Shown in pieces: positions 1-9,960 of a stretch of DNA of 64,000 nucleotides. The first letter of the stretch is position 1; every line of letters starts with the position of its first letter. The DNA is from Salpingoeca rosetta (lineage: Eukaryota > Protista > Choanoflagellata): assembly GCA_033442325.1 (NCBI GenBank), contig JAWQFM010000023.1, positions 1 through 64,000 on the forward strand. Reading direction: 5' to 3'. Made by a program: the position numbers and the translations under genes. The notes under the pieces were generated by a model that did not search any database, was not told where the DNA came from, and saw only the letters and a list, made by a program, of their open reading frames with translations.

Positions 1-312
1 ACTCACCCGTGGCCAACTGCTGTTCCCACGGAACCTTGCTCCACTTCAGTCTTCAAAGCTCTCATTTGAATCGTTGCTACTGTCACCAAGATCTGCACTG
101 GAGGCCCCTCCACCCAGGCTCACGCCACAGGCTTCCACGGCTTGTTCAAAAGATTGCTCTCACGCAAACACCTCCACGCCCACCTACTTGTGTGTGGCTA
201 CATGTAGTTTTGAGACGCAACAAGCACGAATGCTCGCTTCGCTCGCTTTCTTCCACACACAGCGGAGTATAGGTACGACGCTTGAGCGCCATCCATTTTC
301 AGGGCTAGTTGA

Positions 313-346
<34 letters not shown>

Positions 347-588
347 ATTCCGACTTCCATGGCCACCGTCCTGCTGTCTATATCAACCAACACCTTTTGT
401 GGGTTCTCATGAGCGTCGATTCCGGCACCCTAACTCCGCGTTCGGTTCATCCCGCATCGCCAGTTCTGCTTACCAAAAATGGCCCACTTGAGACTCGGTT
501 ATTCAGCATTGCCCGCTTCATAAACAAAGAAAGCGCGCCGCCTTACCCATTTAAAGTTTGAGAATAGGTTGAGGGAAGTGGCTCCCCC

Positions 589-619
<31 letters not shown>

Positions 620-1572
620 AACTAACCACAGCAATAAAATAAGTCTCAGCTATCCTGAGGGAAACTTCGGTGGGAACCAGCTACTAGATGGTTCGATGAG
701 TCTTTCGCCCCTATACCCAAGTTCGACGACAGATTTGCACGTCATGATCGCTACGAGCCTCCACCAGAGTTTCCTCTGGCTTCGCCCTACTCAGGCATAG
801 TTCACCATCTATCGGGTCCTAACATCTGCGCTAAAACGCAAATCCTTCAGCGGAGGAGGGTGGATCCACACAAAAAGTGCTTTTCCCCCTCCCCCAATCC
901 AGATCGGTCGATGGTGCTGCGAGTGCTGCTGTTAAAAGTGTACTCACGCACACTTCCCAACACTGCATCCCACCTCTCACTTTCATTGCGCGCCCTAGCT
1001 TCATGCTCGCTAAAACACTCGCGCACATGTTAGACTCCTTGGTCCGTGTTTCAAGACGGGCCGTTTGCAGCCCTGTCGCCAGCATCTCCCCGGTGGTGTG
1101 CGCCAAGCGGCAAGCGCAACATTCCCAACACCGCCCGCACACACTCTGTCAACAGCACAAGAGAACGAGTCTCCCGTGCCAAAACAAGAGTCTGCGCAAC
1201 ACAATGCCGAGAACAGCACCCATGCCAAAGACCACATAACAAAGCCACCGCATCGATAATTTCCTCAGTCCCGCGTGCGACAGAAACATAAAAAGCAGAT
1301 GCGCCACGCACAAGGGCGCCCTCGCATCGCCGTCTCTCACACACAAAACTCATGCTGGCAGACACGCCCCGCGAGTGCAGGCAGCGCAGCACACAACAAC
1401 AGCAACGCAGCGGCGCACATGTGCAACAAGTACACACAATACACCCCCCGCACCACTGTTATGCACAACACCAACCCTGATCACAAGGCGCGCCCAGTCT
1501 CTGCTAGCTGCAAGCGATTCTCTGTCAACGGTTTCACGTACTGTTTAACTCTCTTTTCAAAGTGCTTTTCAT

Positions 1573-1606
<34 letters not shown>

Positions 1607-1854
1607 GTGCCAGTATTTAGCCTTGGATGCAGTTTACCACCCGGCTTTGGGCTGCATTCCCAAACAACCCGACTCAAGAGAATAAACGGACCACACACCG
1701 CACATCAGCGCAAATAATGTAGCACCAACGGGACTCTCACCCTCTCCGGTGTCCTCTTCCAAGGAAACTCGGTGCTGCGCCAAACAACAATGCACATTGC
1801 GAACACCTGCACCATCACAAAGACATGCGACGGCCCGCATCCCATAAAGACTAC
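1..1854 (-). rRNA. 28S (LSU) rRNA, internal fragment (about nt 152-2005), runs off the window edge and ends at an N gap
   Basis: Reverse complements of conserved LSU motifs: TCCTGAGGGAAACTTCG (LR5 site, ~652), CCGTGTTTCAAGACGGG (LR3 site, ~1044), TTTCCCTCACGGTACTTGTTCGCTATCGGTC (~1574). D2/D3 expansion segments are long and CA-rich on this strand. Confidence 0.98.
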
Positions 1855-1954
1855 NNNNNNNNNNNNNNNNNNNNNNNNNNNNNNNNNNNNNNNNNNNNNN
1901 NNNNNNNNNNNNNNNNNNNNNNNNNNNNNNNNNNNNNNNNNNNNNNNNNNNNNN
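1855..1954. other. Assembly gap (100 N)
   Basis: Run of N. Exactly 100 N often denotes a gap of unknown size. Confidence 1.
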
Positions 1955-1981
1955 AAAAAAACGAAACAAAACAAAGAATTG

Positions 1982-2169
1982 CCCTAACCCCTAACCCCTA
2001 ACCCCTAAACCCTAACCCCTACCCTAAACCTAACCCCTACCCTAACCCTAACCCTAACCCTAACCCTAAACCTAACCCTAACCCTAACCCTAACCCTAAC
2101 CCTAACCCTAACCCTAACCCTAACCCTAACCCTAACCCTAACCCTAACCCTAACCCTAACCCTAACCCT
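1982..2169 (+). repeat. Telomeric repeat (CCCTAA)n = (TTAGGG)n on the minus strand, about 30 units, oriented as a left chromosome end
   Basis: Perfect CCCTAA units from ~2070 to 2169. Variant units (CCCCTAA, CCCTA, CCTAAA) lie distally. Confidence 0.97.
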
Positions 2170-2170
2170 G

Positions 2171-2332
2171 AACTCGGTGCTGCGCCAAACAACAATGCAC
2201 ATTGCGAACAACATGCACCATCACAAAGACATGCGACGGCCCGCATCCCATAAAGACTACAACTCGCCACAATATGAAAAGTTTGTGGAGATTCCAATGC
2301 TTGAGCTCTTCCCGCTTCACTCGCCGTTACTG

Positions 2333-2366
<34 letters not shown>

Positions 2367-2411
2367 GTGATATGCTTAAGTTCAGGGGGTACCCTTGCCT
2401 GACCTGAGGTC
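2171..2411 (-). rRNA. 28S rRNA 5' end (about 241 nt), truncated and joined to the telomere repeat
   Basis: Minus strand starts GACCTCAGGTCAGGCAAGGGTACCCCCTGAACTTAAGCATATC...AAGGATTCCCTCAGTAACGGCGAGTGAAGCGGGAA. Positions 2171-2260 repeat 1766-1854. Confidence 0.95.
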
Positions 2412-3293
2412 AACAATGAGAAATGAGTAGAGGGGGAAGGGTTTGAGAGAGTTGCAAAGTGGAGTGGAGTGAGGTGGATGGATGCAGTCGTTTGTGCGCA
2501 TAGACTGCAACAAGTGCAGCGCTGTGCACACAAACTCAGTGCTCCGTCCATCACCATTCCAGCTTTCCTCTCTCTCGCAAGTACATTCCCTCTCTTCTTC
2601 ATCAGTGTTTTGCTCACATGACCAGTGTCACAAAAGCCACATAAAGATGCAAGCACACAAGTGCACATGCCTCTGCACACACACACACAGCATACACACG
2701 CTGCAGAACAACGATGCCAGTTGACACATCGCTCCACAGCTTGGTGTATCCTGCTGCATATGCAGATACAGCATGCGTGTGCTTGCCGTGGTCTCGCAAC
2801 AACGGCACCCACACAGCGACAGTGAGTGATGACAACAGTATGAGAATAAAGAAGTGGGATGTGTGTGTGAGTGAATCACATCAACAACAACAACACAACG
2901 CACAAGGCATCGTATCATCGTGCAATGCAATCCACATGCTCACACACACAAACACCCACTCCTTTCTTCGTCACAGTCACCATCACAGTTATCATCGCAA
3001 TGGAGTCGTAAGCTCTCCTCTTCAGGGTCCAGTCTCACACAATACACACACACAGCAAAAATGTGTGTGTGCACGCATCGACTAACACCCCATGGCCACC
3101 AACAATGCACAGTGTGCAAATGAGACATGAGGACATGCATGCATGGGCGCTTCATCATACTGCTACACAACAAACAAACACCACACCAACAAAGGTGCGC
3201 TGCTGCTGCTGCATAGTTGCAGTAATCAAATACACCCACACATACTCACACCCTCATAAGCACACAAAAACGCATTGTCAATGAGATTGAGTG
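2412..3293 (-). other. ITS2 (about 880 nt)
   Basis: Spacer between the 5.8S 3' end and the 28S 5' end. 5.8S CCTGAGTGTC can pair with 28S GACCTCAGG (proximal stem). Confidence 0.9.
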
Positions 3294-3477
3294 GCGACAC
3301 TCAGGCAGACATGCCCGCACGCACAGACACGCACACAATGGCGCATGCCCACACACACAGGCGCAATGTGCGTTCGAAGATTCAATGATTCACGGAATTC
3401 TGCAATTCACACTACATTTCGCGTCTTGCCACGTTCTTCATCGATGCACGAGCCAAGAGATCCACCGTTGAAAGTTG
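3294..3477 (-). rRNA. 5.8S rRNA (about 184 nt, enlarged 3' hairpin)
   Basis: Minus strand AACTTTCAACGGTGGATCTCTTGGCTCGTGCATCGATGAAGAACG...GAATTGCAGAATTC...TTCGAACGCACATTGCGCC...GCATGTCTGCCTGAGTGTC. Confidence 0.97.
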
Positions 3478-4128
3478 TCTCATGGTTATGAATTTGGTTG
3501 TGTTGAATGAGATGTTGAGATTGAAGTGAGGGTGGTTGCACTGTGCATGTGCATGTGTATGTGCATTCCAACGCACAATGTTTGTTGGCACACACTCCAC
3601 ACACAAGCACAACGCTCCCTCCCTCGCTCTCTTTCTCTCACTCACTCGTTTGTGGTTATCATGTGTGTATGTCCACAGCACGGCACGCATGCCTTTTGGT
3701 TGCTGTTGCTGCAGCAGAGATGCTTTCGCCCACACTGTCATGTGTGTGCAATCGCAGCCGCTGCCACAACAACAGTCCAAAACACACGCTTGCTTGCTGT
3801 GTTCATTTCTTCTTCTTCTTTGCACGAGGCAAACAATGTATACACACACACACACACGCAAGAGCACCGCCATCGCAATGCAACACACACAAGATGTGCT
3901 CCACTGCGACACACACAATGCTCATGCACGCATGCACATGCTTTTGCTTTGTTTTGTCTTCATTCACACAATGCTCACTCCCACACACAAAAGCGTGTGA
4001 GAGTGATTTGGTTGGTTGGCTCGGTTGGCTCAAGTTGACTCAGTCCAGTGTCTCCACCTTCCCTCACCAATTCTCACCAATTCTCGCCATCCCTCACCAA
4101 CCACGCTTTTCAACGTTTTCCTTGTTGG
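3478..4128 (-). other. ITS1 (about 650 nt)
   Basis: Spacer between the 18S 3' end (GGATCATT) and 5.8S. Contains four copies of a ~10-bp CTCACCAATT-like unit at ~4063-4100. Confidence 0.9.
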
Positions 4129-4185
<57 letters not shown>

Positions 4186-4278
4186 AATGATCAAGTTTGA
4201 CCAGGTTCTCAGCAAAGAAACACATGGGCAGCTGTTGCCAGCGCCCACGCGCCAATCCCGAGGCCTCACTAAACCATT

Positions 4279-4324
<46 letters not shown>

Positions 4325-4855
4325 ATCAACGCAATCTGTTGAATTGCGCTTACTAGGAATTCCTCGTTCAAGATGAATAATTGCAAGCATCTATCCCCAG
4401 CACGACGGGTTTTCACAAGAGTCCCCACGCCTTCCAGCGCAGGAATAGATGTCTGTCGTAGAAAAGCACAAGACTTTCCCCACCACAAACACCCAAAGCA
4501 TACTCGCTGCCCCCGTCAGTGTAGCGCGCGTGCAGCCCAGAACATCTAAGGGCATCACAGACCTGTTATCGCCTCAAACTTCCTTCGGCTTACGCTCAAT
4601 AGCAACGCCGAGTGTCCCTCTGAGTGGTGTGATGAGAGACACGCTTGCGCGTAATCTCCAACGCCTGCTAACGCAGGCGCACACCAATCAGCAAGTCAAG
4701 GTCTCGCCGTTTACCGTAATCAAACAGAGATTTCACAACAAAAGCTGGACGGCCATGCACCACCTCCCTTGGAATCAAGAAAGAGCTGTCAATCTGTCAA
4801 TCCTTCCCATGTCTGGACCTGGTGAGTTTCCCCGTGTTGAGTCAAATTAAGCCGC

Positions 4856-4902
<47 letters not shown>

Positions 4903-6220
4903 ATCTTGCGATCATACTCCCCCCGGAACCCAAACGCTTTGGTTTCCCTAAAGGTCCCGATGGCGCCACCACTTGATAAAAGTTTGTGCTGCCCACCGAG
5001 CCCTGGCCGGCATCGTTTATGGTTAAGACTACGACGGTATCTAATCGTCTTCGATCCCCTAACTTTCGTTCTTGATCAATGAAAGCGTCCTTGGCAAATG
5101 CTTTCGCAGTCGGCGGTCTTTCGTAAATCCAAGAATTTCACCTCTGACAACGAAATACCAGTGCCCCCAACCGTCCCTATTAATCATTACTTCAGACCCG
5201 ATGTGGTGAGGGAGGAACAAGAGAACCTTGCGGTTTCTCACTCCACACACCCCGCACCACACGCCAACAGTACAGGCCCAAAAGTCCTCTTCCGTTGTTC
5301 CATGCTAATCTATTCAAGCAAATCAAATGACTGCCTGCTTTGAACACTCTAATTTTTTCAAAGTAAAGCCCCCAACAGCGCCCCACCACTACGTGACTTG
5401 ACACACACCCAATCAAGGGCACGCGCCAAAGGCGCCACCAGGGAATATTAAAACTGCAGAGTGCAAACAGTGCGGGGCAAGGGCGAAACAGTGTCTCTCC
5501 CCCACCACACACCGCTGAACCCCGCATGAAATCCAACTACGAGCTTTTTAACTGCAACAACTTTAGTATACGCTTTTGGAGCTGGAATTACCGCGGCTGC
5601 TGGCACCAGACTTGCCCTCCAATTGTTCCTTGATAAGGTCTTTACATTGTTCTCATTCCAATTGCACAGTGCATAAAAACACCGTGCATTGGTATTTATT
5701 GTCACTACCTCCCTGTGTCAGGATTGGGTAATTTGCGCGCCTGCTGCCTTCCTTGGAAGTGGTAGCCGTCTCTCAGGCTCCCTCTCCGGAATCGAACCAA
5801 ATGTTCCCCGTCACCCGTTGTCACCATGGTAAGCCAATACCTTACCATCGAAAGTTGATAGGGCAGAAATTCGAATGAGACACCATCACACACAAAAGTG
5901 TGACGGTCAGCAAAGTTATTCTGATTCACCAGTCATGTTCCTGCTGGCTTTATACCTAACAAATGCAGCCCTCGAAAGGAAAAATGTGCATACACACACC
6001 TCTCTCTCGGGCCTTGTCGCACGTATTAGCTCTAGAATTACCACGGCTATCCGTCTAGCACAACACCGCTCCGAAAAACGAGTTGCAAACTATCAAATAA
6101 ACTATAACTGATTTAATGAGCCATTCGCAGTTTCACAGTATCAAGAATACTATTCATACTTAGACATGCATGGCTTAATCTTTGAGACAAGCATATGACT
6201 ACTGGCAGGATCGACCAGTT
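4129..6220 (-). rRNA. 18S (SSU) rRNA, complete, about 2090 nt
   Basis: 5' end AACTGGTCGATCCTGCCAGT; internal CCAGCAGCCGCGGTAATTCC, AAACTTAAAGGAATTGACGG and GTACACACCGCCCGTC; 3' end GTAGGTGAACCTGCGGAAGGATCATT. Confidence 0.99.
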
Positions 6221-9030
6221 ATCTCTCCATAGAAGGCGAGTGGCTGTTCGTGGTGTGTATTGAGTGCGTATGAATGCGCGAATACATGTGTAGATGTATG
6301 TGAATGCGTGTAGGTTGTAAGCCCAAAACACATTGCACACACAACACACACAAACACACCACATTTGCACACACAAACACACACAGCTGCCGCCCAGCTA
6401 TGGCTGTCGAGGATTCAGAGAAGAGACGAGATACACAAGCAAAGGGAAAAGAGAGAGAAGAAACACACAACAATGCAATGAATGTCATGCATCTTCCCTT
6501 CTTCTTCCCCTCACTGTCCACTCACTAACTCCTCCTGCACCCCAACAAACAAAGCTTCCACAAGCAACACGCACATCGCTGCACGTGCCACTCGGGTCGT
6601 TCTGTTTTTCTTTTTGGTTTTGTTCTTGTGGCTATGCACACAACAACAACCCCAGACACACACACAAAAAAGGTGTGTGAATAAAGCAGTTTCATTCAAT
6701 GCAAATACACAACGTGTGTGCTGTTTCCTATGAGCGCCAGTGACAACAACCTGCTCTGCCAACAATACACACACACCACCATTGTTTCACATGTGCATGC
6801 ATGTGCATGGTGTGTGTGTGCAAACAACGCAACGTTGCTCACACAACACACAACACAGACAGCGCACACAACTACAATGGCAGCACGTGCCCATCAGCAG
6901 CATGCAGTGCGCATGGCTCTCTTTCGAAACAACACACAACACTGTTTCGCATCAAATATACTTCATCCACGCATGTGTGCGTGCCCAACATCATCATCGT
7001 GCTCACAGCACAGTTTGCCTCCACTCATGATAGAGTGTTGCTCAAGGCACCCTCTCAAGAAGAACAATCCACACCGCTCTCACGGCGGGATTGCCTCCTG
7101 CATGCGCAAGCTTGGTGTCATCAAGGACAGTCGCCACCTGCCGTTAATCAATACGGCAGACAGCGCCCACCCTCTATCAGAGATCACAGCAGGTATACAC
7201 ACATATGTGTGCCTTGCCGTCACTCCGCCAGCGGCTTGCAACTTGCTTCAACATCATAGACTTTTGGCTCAACAGCAGCAATCCATGCAAAGCTTTGCTT
7301 GCTCTCGCTCGCAATACTTCATCGACCCGCATGTCACAGCGGGCTGCGTCTTGCCTCCAAAGGCAACCACAGCCACACCCACAACACACAGCTGACAACG
7401 TTTTCGTTTCACTGTGCCACATCCACGTGTGCAGCAAAGCAACTGCCAGCCATTCCTCAACACACAAACACATATTGGCTCATCGCCCTTCTCCCAACGC
7501 ACAGCTACACACACAAGGAAAATGCAAGCCCATTCATGCGCACACACGTCATCTACGCGCCAGGCACATCGCTGTGCCCGGGTCTCAATGCACCATGCGT
7601 GCAGGCTTGCTTCCTGCGTCTCGCTGCGTCACATCACTGTGAGGAGAGAAGAACAATCAAGAGCCAACAATGCGTGTTCATGTGAAAAGAAATGTCCAGC
7701 GCTTCACACTGTCACACTCAGAGGAAGCTGAACAATCAGCTCGCCCTCTTTCCGCAAACACAGTCGTTGCTCGCCACAAGCGCATGTCGTGTGTTGCTTT
7801 GCTTCTGTGTGGTAGAGATGCGTTTGCTCATGCGAGTGATCACAAGAACACACACAGAGACACGAGCAATCGCTTGCTCGCCTCCCCACATGTGCCTCAT
7901 CACACCCACACAATGCTCACGCATCACACACACAAGCATCCACACACAAGCACGCGCCCGTGCTGTTCTCATTGCATGCGCTGTTCATGCATGTGTGCTC
8001 GTGCAAGCATTGCTCACAACACAATCAAGTGTCGCTTCGCTTTGCCTGCACTCACACACACACTTCACACACGCACACGCAAATGAAGAGAGAGGTCGCT
8101 CAGAACACAGCAGATCCAAGACCCAAGAAGAAATAGAAGTTGTAGCTGCAAGGGCGCAGACGCGGCTTTTCGTGCCCGCAAGCAATCCTGCTCAGCGACA
8201 ATCGCCTTGCTCTCATGCTTGCGCCTCTACTCAGCGGCTCTTTGCCTTTGCCTTCTCTTTTCCTTATTTGTCTTGCTCATTTGCATCCTTCCCCTCATGT
8301 ATGCCAATCCATCGAGCGGCAGCTGTTTGAACCGCTGCTTTGCCCTCGTGCACTTTGCCTGCAGGCACCGCAATCTAGATTCAGTGATTCTGCTAGATCT
8401 GGATTTGTGACTGGATCTAGCAAGCACGCACAGCTTCACTGCATCAAGATTGTTCACACTGCTCACACCCCAGATTCCCCTGGCCCGTGACCAACCAATG
8501 CTTGCATGCATGCAATGCCCTTGCGCTTGGGCTGCACAGCTGCACAGCTGCACTGGTGCCTCGCGACGCAGTGTTCAGACACTACTCATCACAGTGTTCA
8601 GCCTTTTTTCATCACAACATCGCACTTTTTCTGCACCCCTTTTTGACTTCCCCACTCCAGTCTCCCTACTCCGGTGATCAAGTGAGCAAACGAGCAAACG
8701 TCACTGCGCCATGCCATGAGCTGCAGCAACAGGCACAAGACCACGTGGCTGGCTCGCAGGCACACGTGCGCGCGAGCACACTGCGCTGTGCGCACTTCTA
8801 CTTGCCTGCAGGCACGCATCGCTGAAGCAAGAAGGAGCAAAGCAGAGGAACTGCGGAGTAGAGCAGCGAGGATGGATTCCTTTCCGTGTGATTGCACAAG
8901 AAATAAGTAAGCAGGCAGAGAACGACGAGGAGCAGCGCAAGGGACACGTGTGCATGTGTGTGTGTGCATGCATTTGTGTGTAAATGTTGCCTGCAGGCAC
9001 GGGAACGTGTTTCTGATTGAAGCGGAATGG
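6221..9030 (-). other. 5' ETS and probable Pol I promoter region (boundary unknown)
   Basis: Lies immediately upstream of 18S, shares the UG-rich composition of the ITSs and has no credible ORF. Start site not identifiable by eye. Confidence 0.6.
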
Positions 9031-9034
9031 ATGC

Positions 9035-9345
9035 GTAGCAATCCTCTGCTCACTGCAGACACACTTCCATGCGATTGTGCAGTGTTACTGTGTGCTTACA
9101 AGCATTGGCAGCTTCTTCTACTTGCATTGGATTCACTGCACGACGATCCCTCTGCTCACTGCAGACACACTTGCATGCGATTGTGCAGTCCTGCTATGTT
9201 GCTCGCGAGCATTGGTTAGTTCTCCTAATTTAAATGGATTCGATGAGTAGCAATCCTCTGCTCACTTCAGACACACTTGCATGCGATTGTGCAGTGTTAC
9301 TGTGTTGCTCGCAAGCATTGGTAGCTTCTCCTGCATTGATTGAAT
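9035..9345. repeat. rDNA IGS subrepeat A, ~106-bp unit, at least 3 copies, running into the gap
   Basis: CCTCTGCTCACT(G/T)CAGACACACTT(C/G)CATGCGATTGTGCAGT recurs at ~9043, ~9149 and ~9255. Confidence 0.9.
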
Positions 9346-9494
9346 NNNNNNNNNNNNNNNNNNNNNNNNNNNNNNNNNNNNNNNNNNNNNNNNNNNNNNN
9401 NNNNNNNNNNNNNNNNNNNNNNNNNNNNNNNNNNNNNNNNNNNNNNNNNNNNNNNNNNNNNNNNNNNNNNNNNNNNNNNNNNNNNNNNNNNNNN
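9346..9494. other. Assembly gap inside the IGS subrepeats
   Basis: Run of N flanked by tandem repeats. Confidence 1.
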
Positions 9495-9960
9495 CATCCG
9501 TCTACTCACTCGCAACTTCTCCTGCTTGCATTGGATCCACTCCACGACATCCGTCTACTCACTCGCAAACACTCACAACTTCTCCTGCTTCGATTGGATT
9601 CACTCCACTGCATCCGTCTACTCACTGTTGTGTTACCTGCAAGCACTCACAACATCCCCCTGCTTGCATTGAATTTCACTCCACGACATCCGTCTACTCA
9701 CTCGCAAACACTCACAACATCTCCCCACTTTGCATTGGATTCACTCCCACCACATCCGTCTGCAAGCACTCACAACACCTCCTGCTTCCATTGGATTCAC
9801 TCCACTACACCCGTCTACTCACTCGCAAGCACTCACACCATCTCCTGCTTGCATTGGAGGGACTCGAAGACATACGTGTAGTCACACGCAGGCGATCACA
9901 CCTTCCTTCTCTTGCATTGGAGCAACTCTACTACAAATCCGTCTACTCGGTGCAGACGCT
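9495..9960. repeat. rDNA IGS subrepeat B, degenerate ~55-75-bp unit, about 7 copies
   Basis: CATCCGTCTACTCACTCGCAA...CTCCTGCTTGCATTGGATTCACTCC recurs at ~9495, 9548, 9611, 9687, 9753 and 9808, decaying by ~9940. Confidence 0.88.

Noticed and set aside
1766-2260. 90-bp direct repeat as target-site duplication of a 28S-inserting retroelement (R1/R2 type)
   Set aside because: The first copy simply ends at the contig edge, no RT or endonuclease sequence is visible, and R1/R2 sites lie far downstream in 28S. Overlap of two rDNA copies explains it better.
4129-6220. Group I intron or pseudogene explanation for the long, divergent 18S
   Set aside because: Extra length is spread over variable regions, not a single insertion at a conserved site, and several substitutions are compensatory.
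1-9345. ORF-track entries over rDNA, telomere (RVRVRV/GLGLGL) and ETS
   Set aside because: Incidental frames in structural RNA and repeats; no coding signal.
9035-9960. CRISPR-like array
   Set aside because: Degenerate tandem units without unique spacers, eukaryotic context, no cas genes.
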